A stretch of DNA of 64,000 bases. It comes from Octopus sinensis. Its lineage: Eukaryota. Made by a program: the position numbers and the translations under genes. Shown piece after piece: positions 35,861 to 50,859 of this stretch. The stretch covers positions 74,772,001 to 74,836,000 of the forward strand of contig NC_042998.1 in assembly GCF_006345805.1 (NCBI RefSeq), given 5' to 3'. Position 1 is the first letter of the stretch, and every line of letters begins with the position of its first letter. Below the pieces are notes generated by a model. That model did no database searches. It was not told the origin of the DNA and worked only from the letters and a program-made list of their open reading frames with translations.

Positions 35861-37350
35861 CTCTTTGTTGTTGTTGTATTAATCAAAATGTTTTACAAGT
35901 ACAAATTTTTCCTTCGTTTGACCATACACTTGCAAGTGAATCCATCTCACTAAAATGCAGTATATGGAACAAAATGACAGACAATCAATTGTAATCAACA
36001 CTACGGTTTAACATAGAATTCTACAAAATAAAGTTAAGAGAGTATGTATGGAGGATTTGCTAAGAGAAAAATATAAGCCAAAAAATCAACACAAGTAGAA
36101 ACAGGGAAGTAACAATTGGACGTTGAGAAAATTCTAAATCTGGTGTTGGAAAGAATTTTAAAATCACAAACATTCACAAGATCGTTTGTGACCCAACACA
36201 AATGGTGTGACCATGCGAGAATCATTTTATTTAAAAAAGATCTCAGATGATATAGAAATGCCAACGAACTAACGGGTTTCTGAATATTAATGGACAAAAC
36301 TGAACATAATGGACTAAAGGGGAATTTATGCAAGAGAAAAAACGTTCACATTTGAACATAGTTATGCTGTTTTCTTTTAATCCAACACACACATGTGTAC
36401 ATATATACAGGAGCACTTGCATAGTATCTATGCTACCGTTATGTTCTGTATTTAATGAATGAGAAAGTTCAACGTCACCTCCCTTTTCTTCTTTTGTGCA
36501 GACATATAGTTGTCAGGGAGTGTACTTTTTATTGCTTTCGATAGTATTAATAGCATAAATGCGTCTGTGCTTGTGACTATGCTAAAAACGGAGCACAAAT
36601 CTGATACGGCTATTACAAACAATGTAATAAAGACAGCCTCTTGTGGCACCCCACTGTGAATAATTTACTCTTCACTGCTAACACCTGTGGTCTTAACAAC
36701 TCAATTGCTTCTAAGAATCCAATTTTACGGAGGTTACAAAGTTTGCGGCGTATTGTCATGTGATCACATCGATGGGAACATTTGCACAAAATCAGATTGG
36801 TTGAGTAGCCGCTGTAAAATCGCATCTAGACATAATGCTACAGTGACTACGAGACGGCTTCTACTTGAAAGAAAACTAAATTGGTATCAGCAATTATTTT
36901 CTTCTAGGAAAATAATTACGTCCGGGTTATTCTTCATGTGGTTTTGCAGCTATATAGGTTGATATATATGAAGACATATAAAGTTTTAGATCTATGCACC
37001 TCCTCTGCAAATAGTACATATGTCTCAGTTCCGGTATTCGATGACTTTACCATTTTCACAAAAGTCTTGAGAAAACAAATAAAATGATTTAACAAGGGTT
37101 ATATATATGTTAATAGAAGAATTATTGAGATGCCTTTACAGACCTTCCTGAATTTATGCTAATTCTATGGTAAATTTTCATCAATTTCTTGTGTTCTTTC
37201 GTAGCTGATGGTTGAAACCTCTCTGTATTAGGTTGTAGTGCAGAATAATTCTGCTCAGATATATGTTTGTGGACCAGAGATTGGTTTCATAACTTCTGCA
37301 AATCAGGTTTGCATAATTGTACTCTCTGTCTCCCTCCATCTCCCCGGCTG

Positions 37351-37351
<1 letters not shown>

Positions 37352-37445
<94 letters not shown>

Positions 37446-37453
37446 GTCTATCT
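37352..37453. repeat. (TATC)n microsatellite
   Basis: Direct reading. Confidence 0.97.
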
Positions 37454-38458
37454 ACCTTAGCAGTTAGCTTGCTATCTCTCTCTGTATCTCATTTTCAATA
37501 CCTTTGAGCAACAATTTGCAGTTATTTCTTTATTAAATCCCATTTAAACATTTTAAACACTAGAGTCATTTTCCTCTTTTCAAGAGATTTCTCCTCTCTG
37601 TAGGTATGGTATTTCGTTGAACACTAGCCAGTAATTTACTTATGAACTTTGGTTAATACTTACACCTTACATTATTAATGAAATAATGTTTTATGTAATC
37701 GCTCTGCATGCAAAGGATGTAAAAACAGTTTTCCTACAAATTTCTTTTGCAATTGTTGTACATTGAGCCTTATGGAAATTTGGCTTGGAGTGGGTTATTA
37801 TGCCTTTCGTAGGCGCTGAGCTAAATATTTCTTTGGGCCACACTGTTAATTCTGAAATGCTAGGTTCAGAGAAAAATGTGGGAATCATATTTACATTAAG
37901 AATGAAATTTAGATTGTGTGTGAATGGCAGAAGTAGAGCGTTATTGCTATTGGTTGAGTGCCGGATAACTTTGTAAGAGTTGTCTGATTTTTTTCAAACT
38001 TAGCTTGTGTTATTTGTGAAGTGATCTGTTGTTTTTTCTCTTTTTAGCTAAGATGACCCTCTGTGCTGATGCTGGCAAACTTGTCTTCATTGTGACCAGA
38101 TCAGCTGCTGTTCAATCTTCTGATCCAAATGTCGAAAAAGAATATACACAAAAGTTGGCGTAGACACAGATACAGACCTACACAAACACAGACACAGACA
38201 CGCAAACAGACAAGCAAACACACACAGACAAGCGAACACACACACACACACACACACACATAAAAATGCACACACACAATGCATACATACTTAGTTACAA
38301 TGATTAGCTTCGCTCACATTCAGACAGAAAGTTGCTCATTCTTGTTTATATCTATATTACGCACATACGTATAGAACTTACCTATATAGTACAAACATAT
38401 ACGCTTAAGTGTATATAATACATGCATATATAAATTAACATGTAAATATATTCATATA

Positions 38459-38499
<41 letters not shown>

Positions 38500-40194
38500 A
38501 TACGCACACATAAATAAATGCGTGTGTGGATAGACATAAATATGTATGAGTAAGTTTATATTTGATTATAAGGAAGTTTAACTTTCTAAATATTCCTGTG
38601 ACATTCCTCTCATATACTATCATCTGTATTGAATGTATTTCCAAACCAAATATTAAAGTGCTATATTTTAATACAGTGTTGTCATATCAGAAGCCTCACC
38701 GCCATCTTCCATTTGTCCTCTCTCTTACTCAGAATATATCAAACGATTCTGTGTTGGCAATAAATTACTTTTCTCATCAGAATATTTCCTTTATATTTTC
38801 TAACTTAATTATACTGCTTCTACCTGCCATTATTTTGCTTCAGTTAAGTAAGCAATTAAGGCATCACATTCGAAGGTAGCGAGTGAGTACAAAGAAATTC
38901 TTGAATGCATGATCGATCGTAATATATTTATGTTGTTCAACATATCTTTCTCAGGCTGATGCTCCTACATATACATCGAATACATTAAGAGTGGTTCTGC
39001 TGCTGTTATCGAACGTGATTATTTCAGACATGGAATGGAACTATAGCTGATAGAAGAACCTTTATACGCAGCCAGTTCAGTATATTCCTATCGAAGTGAA
39101 TAAATTACGTGAAGAGTTGAAGTTATTAGCTGCTGTTTAGTTGTATCTGGCAGCACTTGTCGAATAAAGGACTGAATATAATAGAAACTTAATACATTGA
39201 CTTTTTCAGAATTTCCATAGTACACATATATTAAAAAATAAACTGCTGTGCATTTACCGTCAAAACACACTTAATAGTTTTAACTGAAAAGTATAAGCAG
39301 TGTCACATTTTTTATTTGCTATCTCTAGAGGAATGGAAGGTAGTCGTACCTTATGTAGGTCCTCCTAGACAGCAGGTGACTGGTAGCGTTAACGTTTCAC
39401 TTTAAGCATTGTGTGTCGACAAGCGAGAAAGACAAATGTAGGGAGAGAATTGCAGAGGGATAATTTTGTAGCGGGGAAGTACTGGGAAGAGTTGTTTTTA
39501 CGGTGCCTGGATCTTGGATACACCGTATTATTTGTTCAATCGACTTATTTCGGTAATCACTAATGACAAGCTCTTTATAAACCTTTTCTTCTCATTAAAA
39601 ATCTTCGTCAATTGATCAAAGCAAAGTTGAATACATGATGAGTTTCAATGAGAGCAAAACTGTCTGTGATTTTCGTCGTACTGGAAAATATATCGGCCGG
39701 CTTCGTACTGCCTCCTCAAACCTCAATGGCTTCCGTGGACTTTACACGGTTGCAAGTATCCTGATCAGGTTTCGGGTTCGAAGATAATTCTCTCCATTCT
39801 TTCCACTAATCTTGATCTCCTTGAAAAAATAAACAATAATGGATGCCATCCTTCCCTTCCAGATTCAACGATGCGAAAGAAAGAAAATGTGTTAGATTTT
39901 CTTATAAACATATATATATTAATTTCGTGAGATTCATTCTCAGTTTCTTCATTCATTCTCAGTCACAGGAACCATTTATTTATTTCTGAAGCAGAAAGCT
40001 TTTGAAGTTAACAATTGATTGAATTATTCGATCTGCACTACCATGCTTTTTCTTCGAGGGGTATTTTATAAGCAAACTTGTTCTCTGAGGATAAGATAAC
40101 TTTCGAATAGCATCACTAATATATATCTCATCAAATTGAGCGCATTTGAATATCTTATACTTGGTAATTACCTAAAAAGGTTGGTTTTGACTAG

Positions 40195-40855
40195 GGTGGT
40201 ATACAGATAAGTTTGGAGAGAGGGGGTACATTTGTTGTCTTGGATAAAGTATTGATTTGCAGAGAAATTTTATTGAGGATGATTTGGAAAGAGGTGGTAA
40301 GCCGGTTGATACAGTTACGGTACACTGGCTGGTGTGCTCGGTGGTAGTTGACAGGTTGGTTTGGATAGAATTTGGTACACAGACGCGTTTGAAAAAATGT
40401 AAATGGGAGATAGTGGTGGCAAATAGGGTGATTTGCGCAGAGGATGTAGACAGATTTGTTTGAACAGTGATAGTGCACCAGATGGCTTTTACAGTGGTGG
40501 GACACAGTTGATTTGTTTAGAAGCAATACACATATTGCTTTGCACAGAAATGACAGACAAGTTGGTTTGGACTGAGCTGATACACAGGTTTGTTTTTACA
40601 GGGATGATGCAGAGTTTGGTTTGTATAGATACGAGCCATAGGGTTAGTTTGAAAAGGTAGTACTCGACGTGTTTTGTAGATTGGTGGCATACATATTGTT
40701 GATTGAGAAAGATGTGATAGACAGGTTGGTTAGGCTAGAGGTGGTACACAATTTAGTTCAGAAATAGGTAGTACGTAGTTTCTTTGGACAGAAAAGCTTT
40801 ACAAATTGTTTTAGGTAAAGGTGGCGTACGTATTGTTTTGGATAGGTGGGTAACT
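40195..40855. repeat. Ancient degenerate 27-bp minisatellite
   Basis: Consensus about gacaggttggtttggacagaggtggta. 9-residue periodicity is visible in ORF 40433 (DKLVWTELI HRFVFTGMM QSLVCIDTS). Confidence 0.7.
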
Positions 40856-41889
40856 TGGTGCAATTCTTCATGGTAGAAACCATTGTAAAAAAAAGCAGAA
40901 CAGTGTGACAAATAACATTAAACATCGAAATGACTACATTTCAGCTACAGTCCTGCTTGATTTGGTGACTAGTCAGCCAGTAAAACCAGAGAATATTGTA
41001 TTGGTGTCTTGCAAATCTATTAAGACATATGTGTTCCACTTCAGCGTGACTAAAATTTACTTATATTTATTTCTATTTCTCATGATATTTGATGGAGATT
41101 TAATGTTGTACTAGATTGCATGCCACATATCATTTTAGTTCTAGACAAACATTGGCACCAAGTAGCTAAACCAACAGAAACTAAATGAAATTGACTTCAA
41201 TTCCTTTGTTGATAAAGTCCTGTGCCATATTGATGTCAATATTCATAGACAAAATTACAACCATGAAATTAATCTAATCGCTAGAAATACTATAACTCAA
41301 TTAGGTATTTTTATGTTTAGCATGCAAGGAACTCCCGCTTGACTATAAAAAGCCGCAGCTCGATTTACTATAACACATCACATGATATGACTAATTCTTC
41401 TAAAAACATTTGCAAGGATTTGCAGCCAAATCTCATTCAAATATCAATGATTTTAGCAGTGAATCGATATATAGTAAATATTTAGAGAGAAATATCGGTA
41501 ATAGTTCATGCGAAAAATGTCTACAATATGTACGGAAAAATAATATCGTGGTGAAAATACTTGAAATTCTATTTCTATAATCGACACTATTCGCTATTCA
41601 CCCAACCTGATGTCTTCTTTTAAATATATTTATATATGTATAGCATGGAGTTCATATTTCAAAAAGAATAATCATGGAAAATTAAAAAAAAATAGAATAT
41701 AGAGTTCCATTAAAATGCATTGAAATAGGAATTTGAATTACGTCTTTTAAATAAATCTAAAGATGGATTACATTTCATGTATGTCAAAATGTGTATTTAC
41801 ATACACACACACACACATATACACATGCACTCACACATATTCATACATGTATGTGGGTGTATATATTTGTGTGTCTATGCATACCTACT

Positions 41890-41940
<51 letters not shown>

Positions 41941-43000
41941 ACAAGAAGGGATGTAAATACTTATATATGAATTATATAGAGAGAGACAAACGAAACAGCA
42001 TAAAACAAAAAGTGGAGAAGTATGATTCATTGGCAGCAGAAACTTCACGAATCGTTACTTGGAGATTCTCGGTTCAAATTTTGGGGCGGCGACTAAAGAT
42101 GGAACATGAAAATAGAAAATAATAGCCATATTGTTATATATGCTTGAATATCATATTACGCACCGTTTTGTTAAATAGCTGAAAAAGATATAACTTGTCG
42201 ATATCATTGAAAAGATGAATTTATATTTAAAAGAATTAAAGAAAAAGGTTATACAAAGTGGTAGAAATATATGTGCATGGCAAAATATGAAAAGATAAGA
42301 AACATTATGTATACATGCGTGAAAATTTTAAAATGTATCTGCCATGCGTGTATACAATCCAATCTAAGTATGAAAAGACATCCCAAAGTCACTTAGAATT
42401 ATGGTTTCAAAAATGGAAACGATAATATGCACGCTCGGAATATCCTTCAAAGTAATCATTGATATTCATTTGACTGTATGAATTTGGTAGATTAAACGAC
42501 GTTGTGAAACGACGAATGCCTTGAAACAAATGAATGACATTCCACTATTGATTTAACTTTAAAATTTTAAACGAAAGCTATCTGATAAGTATGAAAAATA
42601 TTCTACGATTTTACATTAGATTTTAAAAGGTATCAGACTTCTTTAAACATTTACTAAAAATGCCATCGGAAATTTCTTAACACTAGATATGCTTGCTGAG
42701 TAACTTTAATGAATAAAGTTGTTCATAAAAAGTGCTTTAAAAGAATTCTCTCTGAATTGAACATGAATTGTTGTCATACTATCGTTGACTAATTTACACA
42801 TTAGCAGAATATACTAGTGGTTTCAGTAAGCAATACTCATTAAAATAGCAATTATTCAGAGCAATGCAAATAGTAAGAGAAGAAACTGTATTATTGTTCC
42901 AGACGTTTTAAGAGTTGAAATGATTAAATGAGATTGCAAAAGATTTTCATCAAATACAGTTTGCCATAATTGAGTTTTTGCAAATATGTTATAATATATA

Positions 43001-43177
43001 GGCGCTGGTGTGACTGTGTGGCAAGAAGCTTGCTTCCCAACCACATAGTTCCGGGTTCAGTCCCACTGCGTGATTCCTTGGGTAAGTGTCTTCCACTTAT
43101 AGCCTCAGGCCGACCATAGCCTTATGAGTGGATTTGGTAGAAGGAAACTGAAAGAAACCCGTCGTACACACACACAC

Positions 43178-43219
<42 letters not shown>

Positions 43220-43430
43220 CATGTGTGTGGCTGTATCTGTGTGTGGTGTTTGTACCCCCCCATCGCTTGACAACGGATGTTGGTGTGTTCACGTCCTCCT
43301 AACTTAGCGGTTTGGTAAAAGAGACCGATAGAATAAGTACTAAGCTTACAAAGAATAAATCCTGGGGTACTCCAGCATGGCCGCAGCCAAATGACTGAAA
43401 CCAGTAAATGAATAAGAGAATAAAAGAATA
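43001..43430 (+). mobile_element. Full-length tRNA-derived SINE (family of 22067)
   Basis: ggcgctggtgtgactgtgtgg (A box); gggttcagtccc (B box); ccttgggtaagtgtcttc; internal (CA)(TA)n; tail gaataagagaataaaagaata. Confidence 0.9.
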
Positions 43431-43825
43431 TCCATGATTTATCGAAATAATTACGACACTGTTAGCACAAGATAAGGCTTTGAGAATGTAGGTAGTTTAG
43501 AAAGAGTAAACTTTAAAGATAGTATACTGGATACACTGCAGTAATGTTTTTTTAAATACCACTCACTACACGATGAAAGAGAAATTATTTCTTTATAATT
43601 TAGGCTTAATTCAATCTAGTTTACGTTCATTAACAATGCCGAACGAGGTTGAGTGGATAACTCTGCATAATTACCTTATATTACTCGGTGGATATTTTAC
43701 TCAAAATGTCTGCATTCCAGAAAAAATATTAGCTGAATATTTAATTGACGAATATAAAATGTTTAAAAGAATGAGATGACGAACTTTCTTCTTGGGCAAA
43801 GCATTTTTGGAATATATACAGAAGA

Positions 43826-44132
43826 CTAACTATTTTGACCCGTGCTTCGCTCGGGTTTTGGTGTGGTGTTGTTTTGTGCGTGTTGTCTCCTTTTCCCTTT
43901 CTTCTTTTGTTCGTCTTCTTTGCCTTTCCCATGTTCCTCACCATGGCAACTAAACGATAGCCCCGAGCGACTTGCAACCCGCCTCACACCATTGCCCACC
44001 CCATTTTACCCCCACCCACCCCAGTGTAAATTTTGGCGCCAATCCGACCCCATCTACCGTTCCCATCCCAAAATGAGACAAATAACCAAGAAATCAAACA
44101 ACCTTTTCGCATTTCAGCTTTATAGATATTGA
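43826..44132 (-). mobile_element. Non-autonomous Helitron-like element, second family
   Basis: The reverse complement starts A|TCaatatctataaag and ends with the hairpin cccgagcgaagcacggg followed by TTAG|T. Confidence 0.65.
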
Positions 44133-44767
44133 TAGGTTTTATTTTTGAAGAAGGAAAATCTTTCCAACAAAGTCCCATAAGTGTTTGGAACAGACATCTT
44201 CAATTCAGTAGAATGCTTCAAATTCCGTAAAATATATAAAAATTGCTCTGTAAGAAAGACCAAAAACAAAAAAAAAAATAATCACGTTTCTTTAGACACG
44301 ATGAAAAGTCATTATATTGGACTAAATACACATAACTATATTATGTAATATTTGTAGCGTTTGCAAAACTATAGTATCACTACTTGTAACTATATAAAAA
44401 GCGGAGCTAAAGAAATTGACAATGATGTTTAGGTAGAATATTTAATCTCACACAATATTTTTCTTAACGTTGCAAGTCTTTTCTACTAACCCTAAATTCA
44501 GACCAAACAAATTCTCCACATCCCAAAGTCATTTATTTTTACCAGCAGAAGTTTGGGAATATCGAACAGTTTACTGTATCGCCCTGGAATATATGAGAAC
44601 CTTCCTTATTGTTTATTGTGTATACATATTTCTACAAACATTTATTTTTCTTTATTTATTCTTCTCATACCTGGACTAGTGGGGGGAGGTTCTAGTTACG
44701 TTGACGACAGCAGGGATTACACTTCACAAACTTTAAAAATAAAATTGAAAAATTAGATTTTAATATG

Positions 44768-45127
44768 TTGAAGCACTCCGTCGGTTACGACGATGAGGGT
44801 TCCGGTTGATCCGAATCAATGGAACAGCCTGCTCGTGAAATTAACGTGTAAGTGGCTGAGCACCCCACAGACACGTATACCCATAACGTAGTTCTCGGGG
44901 ATATTAAGCGTGACACAGAGAGTGACAAGGCCGGCCCTTTGAAATGCAGGTACAACAGAAACAGGAGGTAAGAGTGAGAGAAAGTTGTAGTGAAAGAGTA
45001 CAGCAGGGATCACGACCATCCCCTGCCGGAGCCTCGTGGAGCTTTAGGTGTTTTCGCTCAATAAACACTCACAACGCCCGGTCTGGGAATCGAAACCTCG
45101 ATCCTATGACCGCGAGTCCGCTGTCCT
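44768..45127 (-). mobile_element. Second tRNA-derived SINE family, head slightly truncated
   Basis: Reverse complement ggacagcggactcgcggtcataggatcgaggtttcgattcccagaccgggcg (tRNA-like, B box). Relics of its 3' part occur near 8790, 11180 and 33900. Confidence 0.8.
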
Positions 45128-46529
45128 ATATAGAAATGGATTTCTCCTTATCCTACGATACTTTACAATATTGGAAATAGGTTTGAATATTAAATCCCTG
45201 AGGGTTGTGAACAGGCTAAATCACTACAGATTCGGACAAAATTACAGCATGTTATTAAGCTACAGCAATTTACTTTCTGATTTCAAATCACACCGATGTC
45301 AACTTTTGATTTTATTCTTCCTTGATTGATATAATACCTATCAGTAAATCAACTGCTGAATAGTTATAATCGGTTTTCCTCTTTCTCAAAAATATGTAGA
45401 ACTGTGCTTAAGACAGAAATCGATATATGTACATCTTTCTTCAAAATCCGTTTTAAGTAAAGTTCTTTTCATTCCATTAAATTTAACGTACACTGCATCA
45501 TTGAACAGATTTATAAAGTGCATAAGAACATCTGATCGAAAAAAATTATTTATAATTCACTGGCCATGTGTACGCTCGAAAGATTATTGTGTTGATCTCC
45601 TGGTTATTTGTTCTTTTCACGGTTTGAACTCAATCTTCCTTCGATGGTTATCAACAAGTGTACATTTTTTTTCAACTTCTCCACCGTGATTGCAAAACTC
45701 TACTAATAAATAGTTCAGTAGCCTAACGGAAATGACATCACTCGTTTGTGGCTTTTATTAAACTAATAAATTATATGATAGGTATTTTAAAAGATTCATT
45801 GGTCTGCTATAGCTGGTATTTATCAAACGATATTTAACTCGTAAGTAAAATCATTTCCTTTTTATTAACACTCTCAAACATAGTTTAGCACGTGGCTCTT
45901 ATTGGCTATTAACGGAAACCAATTTCCTCAGAAATCGTTTATTAACTATCAATTATCTATCAATTCAGAATTTAAAACCCATCAAGTTGCTACAAGCTAT
46001 TACAGATTTTTTTTATTGACTTATCATTAGAATGTAAGTTTATTAGGTATTAATCGGAAGCTATTTAATATTTCCCCACTGACCAAAACATTTGAAGTGT
46101 TTATACTTTTCAAACTAATTATGTTAGCTTAAAAGATCCCAATAGATAGTTTACTTCGGAATAAAACTAATTTTACTATGTATTTTATGTTCTCTGCAAT
46201 ACTTCTTTGTTTTACTTTATATTTTCTCAGATGTGATACAACAAAGACAGATGTGGCCATTTCAAAGTAACAACCAAAGGCTGGTCAGTTTCAGTATATT
46301 TCTAATCAAAAACACTCTTCCACATCCACTCATCAGTTGTACTGAAGTCGTTGCATCTGTTATCTCCTGCCTGTTTTCCGCTTCATAAATGCCAATTTTA
46401 TTAATACAGATTTACATATGCACATAAAATATGCTATACACACACACACACACTCGCATGCACACACACACTGGCATACACGCACACACGCGCAATGTTT
46501 TCAATTAACGATGTAATGCCAATGTATAA

Positions 46530-46702
46530 ATATATATTTGTATATATGAATATATATATGTATATATATATATAATATATATATATATATATACATCTAT
46601 ATATATATATATATATACATCTATATATATATATATGCATGTATATATATATATATGCATGTATATATATATATATATATGCATGTATATATATATATAT
46701 GC

Positions 46703-46745
<43 letters not shown>

Positions 46746-46980
46746 ATATTATATATATATATATATATATACATCTATATATATATATATATATATAACT
46801 ACACACACATATATGCATATATATGCTTGTATATGTATACAGATAGAAGCATACTTGTATGCATGCGTATATGTATGTATATAATATACATATAATATTA
46901 TATATATATATATATATATGCATGTGTATATATATATATATACATGCACGCACACACAGAGACAAACACACTCACACATA
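46530..46980. repeat. (TA)n array with higher-order gcatgt and catct interruptions
   Basis: Direct reading. Confidence 0.95.
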
Positions 46981-49074
46981 TACGCTTATCTACAATATCA
47001 CACATCTAAACAGAGCGTAAAATATCCGAGGTAATCGATACAGTACTCATTATTTGATGAAGTGCTTTAATGAAAACATAGCTACTAACAGATAGTCAGC
47101 TTGATCAATACATACCCACACATACCGATTTATGTAAACACACACGCACATTTATAATGCAATATGAATATATAGACATATTGTATAAGATATATGATAT
47201 AACCTATAAATATGCAGGAATATCAATAAGATGCATTTGTAAGTGTATGAAAACAAATACATAATTGGATATGCGTGTGTGTGTATACATGTATGTATGA
47301 GTTTATACTGATAATTTTGCAGATTGCATTGGATATATATTGTGCGATGTTGTAACTTTCATGCCTGTCTCAAGGGGCTTTACATATAAATATATTCAAT
47401 CGATTACTAGCAAGAGAGAAACGGCACCGTCGATCACTAGCAAAATATATTTCTGTTGTGGCATTAACCCCATATATATCGATTTTTTAGACGAATATCG
47501 ATTTCGTTTAAATACCAGTGTATGCTAAGTGCTTTTAGACATCTCCGTACAGTAACCATACACGTACAGATAAATAAATACACATTTTCACACGTTCGCA
47601 CGCACGTTCAGAGATACGCGTGTTAATTTTATAAGCACCTAAGACATGACAGTATATCACAATAAGCTGAACAGTTTAAACCTATTAATAAGTTACTCTA
47701 ATTTATTCATTATATTTTAATCAACTGATACTTAATTATCTGAAGCACGTGTGAGTTAATCATCGAACGTCTGCATTTTCTGTTTAACTTTCGTTAATTA
47801 GTGATTAGATGATTAGCCCTATTGACTTCAAGGTATTGATATATGGAAATTGAGAAATTCTAGCATTTCCCCAAAGCATTAGTGACATATCGGGTGAGAT
47901 GGTTCCAACCATAAATAGAAAATTCACTTCGCATAATATATTTCGAAACCGTGTACTTAAATATTTTAATGAATAATTTTTATTGAATTTATAATCCGAA
48001 ACGTATTATTTAGAACATTATATATTCAAGTATTTTATGTAATCTCACACACTATTTATTGATAAGGATAATGGATCGTTCCCCAAAGCATATTATTAAT
48101 GAGCAAACCACTTAGACTATAAATAGTCATTGTATTAGTTGTGATACACCGAAATATGAAATTTAATTGCAGAATAGCCAATACATGTCTGGTTAGTTAG
48201 AAATCTTTATTTGCAGCTATACTAGGGTTAGTCTTTCAAATAAAGCTGGTACCGAGGTAAAACGGCAAAGTTGGTGCGGGCGCAAACGGAGGCAACTTTA
48301 GAAAGTAGTACAGTATGCTACCAAATATATATATTTTCGACCTACCGGTTCTTCTTTTTCTTAATGATACACACATACAACTGCTGCTCAGTTTATTCAC
48401 CTGACCCTTTGAATGTGTTCAGCAGTGTTCATCCTGTAACAATTATTCGGAGAATGCCTCCGATTTAAAGATACATTTCTTCCTTCCCTGTATTCACGTA
48501 GACACTGTGAAGTGAGATGGTCATTGCCTTTCCTTCTGAGTAATAGATAAGCAAAGACACACGGCCTCATATCCACACTTATACATGGATGTGTGCTTGC
48601 CCACACAAAGTTAATACCAATGAATTAATCCAGTACTATGGTTTTTCACTAACATTCATCAATTTACACGTAACAATCATCTGCTAGATTTGTTTCGTAG
48701 TTTTTATGGCAAGGGAAAACATGGTGGCTTGTCATGTATTGTGTAAGATCATTGAAGCTTTGTCTGTTGCATTGAAAAGATTGTGTCTACCACGCAAGTT
48801 AACTCTATATCTTTCTCTTCATTATGGATATAGAATGGTTTATGATATGATATTTCTCCGTAAAACATAAACTCATCTGCATACACAATCTTACCATCTC
48901 TATGCTAGATGTTCTAGCGCAAAGCATTTCTTTCTTAATTATTTTTTCTTAATACAATTAAACTATTACCGCTTTCTCATTTTTATCTTCGCTTTTGTTG
49001 TGTGATGCAGGATGCAGTTATTTATGCCCTAGTTATCTAAGGAACATTATTCAGTTTTTCGTCAAGTACAACTA

Positions 49075-50800
49075 TCGCCCCTTTTTTTCTTTTGTTGTTT
49101 GATAGTATCAGGAAAATGTTCTACTACATAACTTGCTACACTTCCGCATTACTGAGGCATGTGCAGCATTGTTTGTTCTTGATTTTTTATGTTGGGGAAA
49201 TACCATCTTTACCCGGTTGTGTTGTGTGTGCAATACAAGCTATGTTCTTCAGTTGGGTATCCTACCTGTACAATACATGTTGCTGGTGTTGTTTATCTTA
49301 TAGGATATTTATGGTATGGTGTGTCTTGTGTCTTGGATTTGTGGATTATTTTATTAGTGTTGTACTATTGAATTGATAGTATCTTGCGTAGGATGTTGGC
49401 TGCTTCTTGTAAGGCTATTTTTGGGATAGAGTGTAGTGTTGAGGGTCCAAGTATAACTTCTATGTTTTAGCTCATACGTTTTTATCAATCATAACCAATG
49501 CCCCAATTATAATTGATATTGTTTTACCTTCATGTCCCACAACTTGAATACTCCAATTTCGAGATCTTTGTATTTAAACAATTTTTCTGCTTCTTTTTGG
49601 ACAATATTTTGGTCAGAAGAGACTACAAGCATCCTTTTTCAATACCTGTTGATTATGTCTGGGTATTTACCTTTGAGTTCTTTGTAAGTTTGAACAGGTA
49701 TTCCTAGATGGTTGTGATGTGGTCATTGTTTGGTACATGTTTGGAACATTTCTTGTTTGTATTTATGTTGTAGTATTGGTATATTTCCCAGTGGATATAA
49801 CTACTTACTCGGTCATGTCTGTTGATATATTCAGATTTGGCTAGGAGCAGAAAGCCAGAGATGATGTGGCCAACTGTCTCATTGAGCTGGCTGTACATTA
49901 CATTGTGCTTATGGCATTTGGATCTGTTTTCATTGTTTTACTGCTGTAGTTGTTTGTGGTCGGACATTGTTCCTGTGCAGCGAAAGTCAGTTCTGTTTCT
50001 GCTTTTAGTTCAGAGCGTTTGAGCCATTGTTGGTTTTTATTTAGGCTTATTCTTCTCTGTCAAGCCTTGCAGGGTATTGGCTATGAAGTAATTCTTCTCT
50101 CTATTTCTTCTTTAGCAAGTTCTGGAGTTCTGTTTTCATGTTGCTTTTTGTCTCTTTCGTTGATAATTTTTGTCGTATCTTAGATCAGTGTTTCAGTGTA
50201 GTTTGTTCTGTTTTGTATTTTGTTCCTTCCTTGAGTATAATGAAAAACGTTTCTTTTTTCGTGTTTCTTTATTATAAGTTAGACGTCAACTTTTTGTTTC
50301 TGAGTAGTTTTCTAGTTGAACTGTTTTTTTATTTTAGAATACTTCTAAATGGGGTTAATATATTTTGTCCGTGTCTGCTTTGGGATGGTGACTTCGGTAT
50401 GCTGTTAATAGTCTTCTGGTGATTCTAAGTTTCACAATTCATTAATCTCTTAGTTTATTGTATTGAAGTTGTAGTTTGTGACTGGTATTGCTGGCATGTT
50501 TATCTCAATTATCTACTTGGCATTTAGTTCAGTGTTTCCTATTGGCCCAAACACCCACCCCTGTAATATTCTCTCCTAATTTTCTCTCTCAATTCTGTAT
50601 GTTGTATTTTAGCTATTTCGTCTATATCTATGTGCAATTTTCGTCTAATTCTCTGATTTCGTTGTCTATGCCTAGTGCAGTGTTTTCATTACTGATTTAT
50701 TTGCGTCTTGTTAATGTTACTTTGGCGTATTTGTCCAATCTCATGCCTATACTTATATCCTTGCTGAAATTATGCACAATTTTTATAACGCTTTTATCAT
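49075..50800 (-). mobile_element. Decayed R4/Dong-type RLE retrotransposon, second family
   Basis: Minus strand: FSKDISMRLDKYAK (RT); ETVGHIISG..LAKSEYINRHDRVSSYIHW (zinc knuckle and RHD); terminal AANILRKILS. Confidence 0.85.
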
Positions 50801-50859
50801 TATTATCATTTTATATGTGCACAACACATGAAACTGTTATAAAATAAAAAATTCCAACA

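Noticed and set aside
43001-43075. tRNA genes at the SINE heads (also 22390-22460 and 45075-45127)
   Set aside because: A and B boxes are present but there is no complete cloverleaf, and they continue into SINE bodies.
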